Below, piece by piece: positions 19,683-28,743 of a stretch of 64,000 nt of DNA. Origin of the DNA: Opitutales bacterium (GTDB lineage: Bacteria; Verrucomicrobiota; Verrucomicrobiia; Opitutales; UBA2987); NCBI GenBank assembly GCA_965226205.1, contig CBDDCJ010000025.1:36800-100799 (forward strand), in the 5' to 3' direction. The stretch's first letter is position 1. Each line of letters begins with the position of its first letter. Under the pieces are notes generated by a model. It did not search any database. It had not been told where the DNA came from and saw only the letters and a program-made list of their open reading frames with translations. The position numbers and the translations under genes are program-made.

Positions 19683-20466
19683 TTAATTCCCTTTATAACT
19701 ATCACTACTTAATTTAAGAAGAGTTATCATTCCGATTTCGACATGTTTCCACTCAAGAGAAACTGCATCAAGTAGAAAAGTTTCCCCCTTCTTAAGTTTT
19801 GCACCGCAAATCAAAATACCCTCTTTAGTTTTGGAATTCTGCCAAAAGGCTACAGAGGCATTGATGCGTCCCTGATACGCAACATCGCGATAAATCCATA
19901 ATGTTGAGCTTACTCGCCAAATACCGCAATGTTTAAGTACCCGGCGAACCCCCGCGAACCCCCGTATGGTTAAGTGGAGTTTCAAATTTATACGGTAATG
20001 CAATGTTTCTGATATCGCTGCGAGAAGGGAGTTTCTCTACTTTAAAATTCATAATTTCCAAAATTAAAGATTATCGATATTTTCGATTCAATTTGTGTTT
20101 CAGTTTTATTAGATTTTACTTCAACTTTTCTTCCAGATGGAGTTTTCAAATCAAATTCGTCCAGAGAGGGCGAGCATCATTAGCCAAACCCAATGTGTGA
20201 GCAACCAGAAATTCAGCCAAAATACTCCTTATCATATTATTCAAGAGGTCGGAGGATGCCCATTGCCAAAATTTTAGAAGCTTGAATTCCGAGAAGTCCC
20301 CATCCCGGCAAGAGAATACCCCATCGCCAATTTTCCTCGATACATTCAAGGCTGGATAACGCCTCGTTTCATTGGATGTATCCATCCCGCAATAATAAAA
20401 GCCTTTCAGAATCCAAAAGGCAACGAATTTCGGCCAAATAAATCGGTTCTTATCAATCGCCGACAA
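19683..20466 (-). pseudogene. decayed PD-(D/E)XK-like nuclease gene (at least one frameshift)
   Basis: ORF 20146-20466 ends ...AEFLVAHTLGLANDARPLWTNLI*. Shifting one base at about 20150-20157 continues as FDLKTPSGRKVEVKSNKTETQ, which gives a D...EVK nuclease motif encoded around 20113-20143. Further stops and shifts follow. ORF 19683-20003 may be the remaining C-terminal piece. Confidence 0.45.
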
Positions 20467-20671
20467 TCAACGTATTTGGTAATATATTCGAATCTTTCAG
20501 CTTTTTGGGTATTTCGTATATTGTTGAATATTATGTATTTATATTGTTTTCTTGTTGACTTTCTGACTAATTCTTTTGATACTTTTTCCCGTTGAAATGA
20601 ACTAAAAACAATAACAAAAAAAACCTCTGCCCAAGCCAAAGGTATCGAGACTACGGCAAGGACAGAGGCCA

Positions 20672-20703
20672 AACATAAGGAGATACCAACATAAGGAGAT
20701 ACC
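20672..20703 (+). repeat. perfect 16-bp tandem duplication (AACATAAGGAGATACC x2) containing a Shine-Dalgarno-like AAGGAG
   Basis: Read directly from the sequence. The second unit ends 2 bp before the ATG at 20706 of the ardA remnant. Confidence 0.9.
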
Positions 20704-20705
20704 CT

Positions 20706-21130
20706 ATGCAGTCACATAAAGTATTAGAAAACTCGGCTGAATCAAGCCGCAATTGCGAAACACCGAAAATCTATGTCGCTTGCCTTGCGTCGTATAACGC
20801 AGGCTTTTTACATGGCCGGTGGGTTGATGTCGAACCAAGAACCTGACGAGATAAGCGTTGAAATTCGGGAAATGCTGGCTGACCCGAAAAATCCTTGCCG
20901 CAAGCAATACCCGCAAGAAACCTACGAAGAATTCTCAATACATGATTATGAGGGTTTCGGAGAAATTAAGGTCAGCGAATGGCATGACATTGAGGAAATC
21001 TCAAAGCTGGCAAATCTGATTGTCGAAAATAACAGTGAAATCGTTTCAGCGGCCTTCGATCATGTAAACGGCGTAGATGATATCGAGGAATTCATTCAGG
21101 ACAATTTTTGCGGAACTTATCCAAGCTTAG
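20706..21130 (+). pseudogene. ardA: anti-restriction protein ArdA, 5' part (frameshifted and interrupted by an insertion)
   Basis: The frame from ATG 20706 gives ...KIYVACLASYNAGFLHGRWVDVE and then a stop at 20844-20846. The +1 frame continues QEPDEISVEIREMLADP...EEFSIHDYEGFGEIKVSEWHDIEEISKLANL...DNFCGTYPSL, typical ArdA sequence. The gene is cut after 21130 by the IS1634-like element. Confidence 0.8.
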
Positions 21131-21169
21131 CCCATCTTCGACAGTTCAAAAAGTTAAAGGGCTTATCTA

Positions 21170-21467
21170 GAGGCTGTCCCAAAAACCCGAATTTTGCGAA
21201 TTGAAATATTCGACTCCGAACTGTATGGGAACGTAAGTCATTCAATTCCGTCAAAAACGCTGTATAAGGCCTCTTTTCGTTATAAATATAATCGCGTCAG
21301 ACAGAGGTCTATGGTAGAATTGTATTTGAATATGCAAAACAAGAGAAAGGCTGACGGTGTTATAGACATCGAAATTGCCCAAAATCCTCTAAAAACGGTC
21401 TTTATAACAGCTTTATAAACAAGTTAACTCACTGTAAAACAAATGGTTATAACTTTGGGACAGCCTC
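21170..21467. mobile_element. MITE copy 1 (298 bp), non-autonomous relative of the 1,824-bp IS
   Basis: Termini are GAGGCTGTCCCAAA...TTTGGGACAGCCTC, identical to the IS ends. Subterminal ~30 bp resemble the IS arms. The direct repeat TATCTA lies at 21164-21169 and 21468-21473. No conserved ORF is present. It is inserted 33 bp inside the IS1634-like element. Confidence 0.9.
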
Positions 21468-21486
21468 TATCTATGCGGATTCGGGA

Positions 21487-23283
21487 TTAATTTTTGCCGT
21501 TAGTCTGCACTACATTTTGGATGATTTTGGGGCGGGTGGGCAGTTTTAGGCCCATTTTCTTGAGGAGGTCGGCACAGAGTTTTTCCGGTTTGCCTACCAG
21601 CCGTAAACGCGCTTCGCGTCCCCCTCGCAGCGGCGCCACCACGTCCATTGAGCGTAGATTTTCCAGTTCGTGCAACACTTGCCGCGCACAGGTGCCGAGG
21701 CCTTTGGCCTGCAGCCAGCTTTTCAGGGCGCGCCACATCGCCAGAGCCAGAAAACAGATCAGAATGTGCGCTTGCACACGCTTTTCTTTGTGGTGATAGA
21801 CCGGCCGCAGCCCCAAGTCGCTTTTGGCGCAACGAAAGGCTGCCTCGGCCTGTGTCAGTTGTATATACCACCGCCACAGCTTTTGTGGGTCTTCCTCCTG
21901 GCAGTTGGTTCGCAGCAGATAGGTCCCGTGGGCCAGTTGGGACCAATCGGCTTTGCTCTCGTCTTCGGTGATTTGCAATGCGCAGGCCCGTCCGGCGGCG
22001 TCGATTTGCACTTCTACGGTGAATATTTTTTCGGCCAGGGTGTGGCGGCCCAGCCAGCGGCCGATACGGCGTTCAACCGGATCGAGTTTCTGCCCTCGCC
22101 GACGCAAACTCAGGTCGATCTGGTCGAGCTTTTTGCGCAAACGCTCTTTTTGCTGGCTCAACATGGCGGCTTCTTTTTGACCCCGCCCCTGGCTGCGGCA
22201 AAGCACATATTGCTCGATCTGGGGGCAGACGGGATGTTTCACCAGTTTGACCTCCACCCCCGCCCGCACCTCGCTCCAATCGCCTTGCTCGAGTAGATCG
22301 AGGGCAAAGTTTTTGAGCTGGCTCTTGGGCGAGCCCACGATGTAGCGGGCCCCTTTGCCGCGCAGGTATTCGAGGTTGGCCTCGCTCACTATGCCGCGGT
22401 CCAGCACCCAGATGCGATCGGCCACCCCGTAATGCGATTCCATCAACTCGACCCTCTCCTGCACCGTGGTCACATCGGCGCGGTTGCCGTCGAAAACCTC
22501 ATAGGCCAGGGGCAGCCCTTCGGGCGTCACCACCAGTCCAAGACATACCTGCTTGTAATCCGGCCGCTGGTCCCGGCTGTAGCCGCGCTGGGCCTGGGCA
22601 TTGCCCTCGCACCGGCCCTCAAAATAGGTGCTCGTTATGTCGTATAAAAGAAACTCGAAACGCGTCCCAAACCAGCTTTCGTAGCGTCCTTTAAGATGAC
22701 TGAACAGTTCCCGGCGCAAGGGCAAGACACGATCCAGTCCGCGATACAAACGGTTGTCATAGACCTCATCCACATCCACCGCCATCAAATCCTCCAGCGC
22801 CGTCGAGCCATACCAGCGCTCGGCCAGAGCCAGCTCCGAGGCCTGTTCGCAAAAACGCCCCAGCGCCAGAATCGAGGCCACCTGGGCCCAGCCCACCGAC
22901 TCCCGGCCCGGCGGCAAATGCTCCTCGAAGAAACGATGCAGCCCCAGCCGCCGCCACAGCGCCAGAGCCACATACACTTTGCCAAATTGACGCACCCGCT
23001 CCACCCGTATCCGACCCAGATTCACCTGCGCCCACAACGGAGCCTCCGGTTTATCCTCGGCAAATAAATCCAACTGCTCGGCCCCCGCAGCCTCATCATC
23101 GCCATCGAGGAGCCGACCGATCTGCTCCCAACCCAACCGCTCATCCTCATCGAGCCCCGGCTCCTTGCCAATGTGGGCCACGATGCGCTGGCGCGGCCCC
23201 TTGGCTGTGCGCACCGACTCCACCAGCGTCCAGTAATCATAATCCTGGCCCTTCTTACGACGACGGTTGCGACGCAAATACAT
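21487..23283 (-). CDS. IS1634 family transposase
   Basis: MYLRRNRRRKKGQDYDYWTLVESVRTAKGPRQRIVAHIG is the characteristic N-terminus, and the C-terminal YIQLTQAEAAFRCAKSDLGLRPVYHH motif is present. The start is placed at ATG 23283; the ORF track extends to 23334. Confidence 0.85.
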   Translation of the reverse strand: MYLRRNRRRKKGQDYDYWTLVESVRTAKGPRQRIVAHIGKEPGLDEDERLGWEQIGRLLDGDDEAAGAEQLDLFAEDKPEAPLWAQVNLGRIRVERVRQFGKVYVALALWRRLGLHRFFEEHLPPGRESVGWAQVASILALGRFCEQASELALAERWYGSTALEDLMAVDVDEVYDNRLYRGLDRVLPLRRELFSHLKGRYESWFGTRFEFLLYDITSTYFEGRCEGNAQAQRGYSRDQRPDYKQVCLGLVVTPEGLPLAYEVFDGNRADVTTVQERVELMESHYGVADRIWVLDRGIVSEANLEYLRGKGARYIVGSPKSQLKNFALDLLEQGDWSEVRAGVEVKLVKHPVCPQIEQYVLCRSQGRGQKEAAMLSQQKERLRKKLDQIDLSLRRRGQKLDPVERRIGRWLGRHTLAEKIFTVEVQIDAAGRACALQITEDESKADWSQLAHGTYLLRTNCQEEDPQKLWRWYIQLTQAEAAFRCAKSDLGLRPVYHHKEKRVQAHILICFLALAMWRALKSWLQAKGLGTCARQVLHELENLRSMDVVAPLRGGREARLRLVGKPEKLCADLLKKMGLKLPTRPKIIQNVVQTNGKN

Positions 23284-23438
23284 CAACACCGACCCTGCAC
23301 TACTTCTCCGAAAAGGCAATAGAGTGGTCTGCACTACACGGCATATTCACACCCCAACCCTGACAACCATGCGCCCTACAGCACGAAAAACCCTAAAAAT
23401 AATCGATTTACCCCCCCCAACTGTCGAACTCAGGTTAG

Positions 23439-23524
23439 AGGACTTCGCTTACGAGCTTATGGAGGATTCTGGACAGCTTAAGAGCCTATCTCAGTTTCGC
23501 AGAAAAATGATGTATCAAGCGTAA
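23439..23524 (+). pseudogene. ardA: ArdA, 3' remnant
   Basis: After the TTAG repeat the frame reads EDFAYELMEDSGQLKSLSQFRRKMMYQA*. It joins in frame to ...GTYPSL at 21130. It ends earlier than canonical ArdA, which normally continues with a Y-x-D-Y...GRD segment. Confidence 0.6.
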
Positions 23525-23602
23525 GCCTATCTTGACTTACCTGTTATTGCCAATAAATTAACCTGAAGTTTTTTTGTGTTGTTTCCCATCGGATACGCTT
23601 AA

Positions 23603-25549
23603 ATGGCTCAAAAGTTTTATAATATTTTATTCTTTCCGTTTGTATATGGTATAATCGCTACTTTCAGTATGGCCAAGCAACCGCCTTCAATTGAAGATTC
23701 GGCTTTCGAGCCAGTCAAATATGTCGGTAAAATTCAGACTGACGGACGATTCTTTGATGGCGCCCTGCCTCATGTGGTGGGGGCTCACCACTATCAAGCC
23801 TTTAGAACCAATCGAACTCATCCCTCAGAACCGGGGGAAGTTGGCTGGACGTATAACCATCAGCCTTATCTGGTCTATTGGAACGATCAATTTTATTTCC
23901 AATATTTAAGCAATGTGTTCGAGGAACACAATCCCCCGGGCCGCACGCTGATCATGACCTCGAAAGACGGGCGCCGATGGACCGACCCGGAAGTAGTCTT
24001 TCCGATCTATTCACTGCCCGAGATTGTCATCAAGGGCCAAATCTTCACTCCCGCTGGGACAAAGTCAGTCATGCATCAGCGCATGGGGTTTTACATCGCT
24101 CCCAACGGACGGTTGTTGACATTTGCCTTTTACGGCTTCGCCCCAACTACGCATCACTCACCAAATACAGGCAACGGACTGGGCAGGGTTGTTCGTGAGG
24201 TATATAAGGACGGCTCATTCGGTCCGGTTTATTTTATTCGTTACAATCGCCACGCCGGATTTAATGAATCCAACACTAATTTCCCATTTTACAAGGCAAG
24301 CACCGATAGTGGTTTTGTCGAAGCCTGTGAGGCCATTCTGGAGGATAAATTGATGAGTCTTCAATGGTGGGAAGAAGACCGCGGCAAAGACGGATTTTTT
24401 GCCATCAATCCGGGGGATGTCAAAAACGCTTTCGATTTCAAGGTTGATATGACCACCTCCCGAGGCCCCGGCAAAGCATTCTGCTTCTATACGCGTCCCG
24501 ATGGCGTGGTCGTAGGTCTCTGGAAAAACCAGTGGTCGGGGTTGAGTCCCGATCGTGGAAAAACCTGGATGCCACTGACTAAAAATCACTCACTCTTGGC
24601 CATTGGCGCAAAAACATGGGGCCAGCAGACCAAAGACGGACGCTACGCGCTGGTTTTTAATCACAGTCCTGTCCGGGGTAATCGTTTTCCCATGGCGTTG
24701 ATGACCGGTGAGGATGGGCATGAGTTTGCAACCCTGTTTTGTCTTCAGGGCGAAGTGCCCACCAAAAGATATGAGGGTGGTTATAAAACCTGGGGGTCGC
24801 AGTATATTCGCGGAATAATGCCTGGAAACGGCGATCCTCCTGGCAATTTCCTGTGGAATGTTTACAGCATGAACAAAGAGGATATGTGGATCACGCGAAC
24901 GCCGCTGCCGGTGAGCGCAACCGTAGATCAATACGTCGAAGACGATTTCGAGAAGGCCCATACCGAAGCGGACCTGGACCTGTGGAACCTGTATATGCCC
25001 CAATGGGCGCCGATTTCGTTTACCACTTCGCTAGCCAGGCAAGGAAAGCAATCACTGGAATGGCGCGATGCCGATCCCTATGATTATGCGTTGGCGGAAA
25101 GGACCTTCCCTGAAAGCCAAAAGGTTATAATTCAATTGCGTCTTCTGGCCGGGCAAACCGGCCACGGGCGGATGGAAATCGACCTGTCCAACAAAAACGG
25201 TCTGCGCCCACTTCGCATTATGCTAACGGATGCCGGTAGAGTTCAGGCCGTTAATGGAAATCGAACGATTGACCTGATGTCCTATGAGAGCAACCAATGG
25301 CTCTCATTTAAACTCGATGTAAATTGCTTAATAGGCAAGTTCTCGGTAGAAATCGATGGCAGGCCCCTATTGAATAATGCCTCCTTCGCTGAAAAGACGG
25401 ATGCCATCGAACGAATTGCCTTCCGCACTGGCCAATACCGGCAAATCGTTCCCCCTAACAAGCAGGAAAAGGATCTGCCGAATGCTGATGAACGGGTTAA
25501 AGAAGCCGTCTTCAATCTGGATCGGTTGTCGATCCAGCCCCAGTCATGA
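23603..25549 (+). CDS. secreted BNR/Asp-box repeat protein (sialidase-like beta-propeller fold)
   Basis: 648 aa with an N-terminal signal-like segment. Asp-box motifs are TSKDGRRWTD, SPDRGKTWM and TGEDGHEF. No substrate can be inferred. Confidence 0.6.
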   Translation: MAQKFYNILFFPFVYGIIATFSMAKQPPSIEDSAFEPVKYVGKIQTDGRFFDGALPHVVGAHHYQAFRTNRTHPSEPGEVGWTYNHQPYLVYWNDQFYFQYLSNVFEEHNPPGRTLIMTSKDGRRWTDPEVVFPIYSLPEIVIKGQIFTPAGTKSVMHQRMGFYIAPNGRLLTFAFYGFAPTTHHSPNTGNGLGRVVREVYKDGSFGPVYFIRYNRHAGFNESNTNFPFYKASTDSGFVEACEAILEDKLMSLQWWEEDRGKDGFFAINPGDVKNAFDFKVDMTTSRGPGKAFCFYTRPDGVVVGLWKNQWSGLSPDRGKTWMPLTKNHSLLAIGAKTWGQQTKDGRYALVFNHSPVRGNRFPMALMTGEDGHEFATLFCLQGEVPTKRYEGGYKTWGSQYIRGIMPGNGDPPGNFLWNVYSMNKEDMWITRTPLPVSATVDQYVEDDFEKAHTEADLDLWNLYMPQWAPISFTTSLARQGKQSLEWRDADPYDYALAERTFPESQKVIIQLRLLAGQTGHGRMEIDLSNKNGLRPLRIMLTDAGRVQAVNGNRTIDLMSYESNQWLSFKLDVNCLIGKFSVEIDGRPLLNNASFAEKTDAIERIAFRTGQYRQIVPPNKQEKDLPNADERVKEAVFNLDRLSIQPQS

Positions 25550-25584
25550 CCGCAAAATAAGTCCTCATCGAGCGCACTAATTTA

Positions 25585-27408
25585 GAGGCTGTCCCAAAAG
25601 GGTGATTTTTGCGAGGGGATTTTGAAGAGTGTTCATTTTAGTGGTATTTTCTTTTGGGAGGGGGTGACTTTGCTCTCCTATGACGTTAGGATTCTGGTTT
25701 TGGGGTCCGTTTGCCTGGTTTTCTTTGTATGGGCCGACAGTAGGCCTGTGAAAAAGTATTGTCCTTGCTTTTCCGCTCTTTATTTAGGCCGCCGCTTTGG
25801 TTTTTAGTTCATCTTGCTGGGCCAGCATCTTGGCCACTTTCCATAGATTGTGCGAGAGGACCGACCAGGCTACGCTGATCGAGCGGTTGGCAAAGCCTTT
25901 GCTGCGCAATCGCCCGGCCTGCCAGCGATTCTTCAATACCCCGATCCGCCCTTCGGTGCTGGCCCGGCGCTTTTGCAATTGCCTGAAGTGTGGTTCCTCC
26001 ATCCGTTTTTTCAACTGCTTCGGATCGCGTGGACAGAGCGCATCGTAGATGCCCTCCTGGGCTAACTGCCGGCGGGCCCGCTGGGAGGCGAATCCCCGGT
26101 CCGCGCACATGGCCGCTATGGGTTCGGCTAGGTTGAAGCGGTTCTGTCTTTGCAAACTCTCTTGCATTTGTTCATTTTCGCTTGGCGTCCGGCTGCCGTA
26201 GAGTTTCCAGTCCAGCAGGTATCCTTCAACGCTTTCACCCAAAAACAGGGTGTTGCCAAACTCAACCTCTTGGCCCGCTTTGCCTCGCACAATCACCTGC
26301 GCATCGGGTTCGTAAACACTCAAAACTTTCTCTGCGTTTTTCACCTGGCGGCCGCCAATGATTCGCTCGTGCGCTTGCTTGATGACCACCGGGATTAGCT
26401 CGCTCATGCGCTCCATCCGGGTAAGGATCTGTTGGACCTGTTTTTCGCTGTAATCGCTTTGCTCCCAGCAGGCTTGCAATAATTCCCGGTGACTGCGGGC
26501 ATGCTCCCCGATCCGTTTGAGCAGCTTTTTCATCTGCCTCAAGATACCCTTGCGTTGCCGCGCGCTGTCCTTTCGCCGCCGGCTGTGGGTCATCTGTATG
26601 CACAGCCGATTCATCTGCCGAGCCAAGGGCTCCGGTTCGATCGGCATGCGATGGCGCAAACCGGCCTTCTCACGGATCAGCCGGATCGCTTTGAGCAGCG
26701 TGCCCGCTACATCCTTGAGCAGCACCCAGTCCGTCGGCCAATGAATGTTGACCTCCAAACAGGTGCCGTCGATCAGGCAAATGGTGGTGTCTATCGGCTT
26801 GTCCAATCCCACCACCTGCCGGGCCAGATCGGCATCGCCCACAACCTCAGTCAAGGTCCGGTGCAAGGCCCTCAACTGCTCTTCGCTGAAAAACTTCGAG
26901 GCCCGTTCCAGGGTGCTCTTGGAGATGCCCCTTATGCCGTCGATATGGCGGACACGACAAAAGTCAGCCAACAGATCGCTGCTGCCCAGAGCCCTCGACA
27001 AATGCCGAAACGAAATCCCACCGAGCAGATAACGCAGCGTTTCCATACGCAACGCCTTGAGGGCAAAATTAGCCCGCTTTTGCCGGGCCTTTACACTCAT
27101 TGGCTGGCCTCTTTCCAAGGCCAGATCAACGCCCTGCGATTCCACCTCCGAATCGATCAGCAGCCGGTCGATACGCTCGATGGTGGCGCGAAAGTTATCG
27201 TAATCGAGGCAACGGTCGACCACAGTTAAAGCTGGACGCAGGAGGCATTGGATGGCTATATTTTTCATAGAAAGGGCTATATTGATTTTCGCTAACGCAA
27301 TTATAGAACCCTTTTTTAGCCGGAGCGAGCAAAAAAATGCTCTTTCCGGCTATTTTTATAAACGTCATCCAGTTGACTACAAAATCTTTATATTTTTGGG
27401 ACAGCCTC
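25585..27408 (-). mobile_element. IS element copy B, identical to copy A and in inverted orientation
   Basis: It has the same 15-bp terminal inverted repeats. Both non-coding arms and all ORF translations are identical to copy A where I compared them. The direct repeat TAATTTA lies at 25578-25584 and 27409-27415. The right end is 8 bp from the stop codon of the Gfo/Idh/MocA gene. Confidence 0.9.
25784..27268 (-). CDS. DDE transposase, identical to 16462-17946
   Basis: The 494-aa translation is identical to that of copy A. Confidence 0.85.
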   Translation of the reverse strand: MKNIAIQCLLRPALTVVDRCLDYDNFRATIERIDRLLIDSEVESQGVDLALERGQPMSVKARQKRANFALKALRMETLRYLLGGISFRHLSRALGSSDLLADFCRVRHIDGIRGISKSTLERASKFFSEEQLRALHRTLTEVVGDADLARQVVGLDKPIDTTICLIDGTCLEVNIHWPTDWVLLKDVAGTLLKAIRLIREKAGLRHRMPIEPEPLARQMNRLCIQMTHSRRRKDSARQRKGILRQMKKLLKRIGEHARSHRELLQACWEQSDYSEKQVQQILTRMERMSELIPVVIKQAHERIIGGRQVKNAEKVLSVYEPDAQVIVRGKAGQEVEFGNTLFLGESVEGYLLDWKLYGSRTPSENEQMQESLQRQNRFNLAEPIAAMCADRGFASQRARRQLAQEGIYDALCPRDPKQLKKRMEEPHFRQLQKRRASTEGRIGVLKNRWQAGRLRSKGFANRSISVAWSVLSHNLWKVAKMLAQQDELKTKAAA

Positions 27409-27416
27409 TAATTTAT

Positions 27417-28496
27417 TCATATTACCCTGGTATCGTCGGCCAAATTTTGAGCCCGCATGCTCAATTCCGCCGCTTTAAAGACATGCTCCTGGGACATGGC
27501 TTTATCCGTGCGGTTAAGCACATCGAGGATTAATTGGCCAAAAAAGGGAAAGCCGATCTTACCGACGCAGGATATCTCATGTTCCCCATCGCGATCGGTC
27601 AGGAAAATGAGATCGCCTTCCGAACTGCGGGCGACATCGGTATATTTTCTAATTTCCATTACGCCTTCCGTTCCGAGAATAAAAGTGCGGCCGTCTCCCC
27701 AGGCGTTCTGTCCGTCCGGTGTAAACCAATCCACCCGGCAATAGCAGGAGGCGCCGTTATCGGCGGTCAGGGAGGCTTCCCCAAAGTCTTCCAATCCGGG
27801 GGTGTCGGGATTGGCGAAATTCTCCACCCGGGCGGTATTGACGGTCGCATCTTTCGCCCCTGAATAAAATAGAAACTGCTCGAATTGGTGGGAGCCGATA
27901 TCGGTGAGAATGCCGCCATATTTATTCTTCTCGAAAAACCACTGCGGCCGCTTCCATTTGCTTAGGCGATGGGGAGCCAGCATGAGCGCCTGCAGCACCC
28001 GGCCCACTGCGCCGGCGTGAATCAATTCACCGGCATGCCAGGCGCTCTCGTTATGGAGCCTCTCCGAATAGTAAACCATGTGTTTGCGGCCAGTTTCATC
28101 CACTTTGCGGCGAGCCGCCTCGAGCTGATCGAGGGTGGTAAAAGGCGATTTGTCGGAAAAATAATCCTTCTCCCCATCCAATACTTTTAATCCGATAGAG
28201 CCTCGCTCACAGGGCACTGCGGCGCTGGCCACAAGGTGAATGGATGCGTCTTCCAAAATACGCTCCAGGCAATCGACCGGTTTTGCCTGGGGAAATTTCC
28301 GGCAAAAATCGGCGATTTTTTTCTCATCCGGGTCATAAACAAATTTAAGCGATCCCCCGGCCTCGAGAAGTCCCTGCGTCTGACCGAATATATGGCCGTG
28401 ATCCAGGTATGCGGCAGCAAAACAAAACTCTCCTTCCCGCACCACCCTGGCGGTTTTTCCAGTCGGTGTATAGGTCATGCCACTGTCTTTACTCAT
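27417..28496 (-). CDS. Gfo/Idh/MocA family oxidoreductase
   Basis: 359 aa with family-typical length and organisation: an N-terminal Rossmann-like half and a C-terminal alpha/beta half containing ...GGILTDIGSHQFEQF... It is divergent from the dehydratase gene. Confidence 0.75.
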   Translation of the reverse strand: MSKDSGMTYTPTGKTARVVREGEFCFAAAYLDHGHIFGQTQGLLEAGGSLKFVYDPDEKKIADFCRKFPQAKPVDCLERILEDASIHLVASAAVPCERGSIGLKVLDGEKDYFSDKSPFTTLDQLEAARRKVDETGRKHMVYYSERLHNESAWHAGELIHAGAVGRVLQALMLAPHRLSKWKRPQWFFEKNKYGGILTDIGSHQFEQFLFYSGAKDATVNTARVENFANPDTPGLEDFGEASLTADNGASCYCRVDWFTPDGQNAWGDGRTFILGTEGVMEIRKYTDVARSSEGDLIFLTDRDGEHEISCVGKIGFPFFGQLILDVLNRTDKAMSQEHVFKAAELSMRAQNLADDTRVI

Positions 28497-28743
28497 AATT
28501 TTTCCACATCAACTTGATTATTCCCTATCGCGGTGTCGAGGATTAGCATTTTTTAGGTATTATTTTCATTTTTATTTTCAAACAGACTGCGGGCTGTTTT
28601 CCGGTTCCTGAATCAACCGGTTGACTATTGGTGTATTTAAGGAGGTCGGATCAATATCGTTCTCCGAATTGATTTTCTTTTTTTCTGGATATGGTGACCG
28701 GCTCCCGGTATTGAGTTTTATATCCACTTTTAACCACTTTTTT

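Larger units (their letters stand above)
21131..23434 (-). mobile_element. IS1634-family-like element carrying a nested MITE
   Basis: TTAG direct repeats lie at 21127-21130 and 23435-23438. An inverted 10-bp core (TTCGACAGTT at 21137-21146, AACTGTCGAA at 23419-23428) sits exactly 6 bp inside each end. Removing the element and one TTAG restores the ardA frame. Native length is about 2.0 kb once the 304-bp MITE plus its duplication is subtracted. Confidence 0.8.

Noticed and set aside
21194-21418. 74-aa ORF inside MITE copy 1
   Set aside because: The same frame in MITE copy 2 is closed after ten codons by a TAT-to-TAA substitution, so the ORF is not conserved between near-identical copies.
16248-27415. 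tRNA-linked integrase-type genomic island with att repeats
   Set aside because: No integrase gene is present, and I could not find a second copy of the tRNA-Thr 3' end anywhere in the window. Only IS-mediated explanations are supported.
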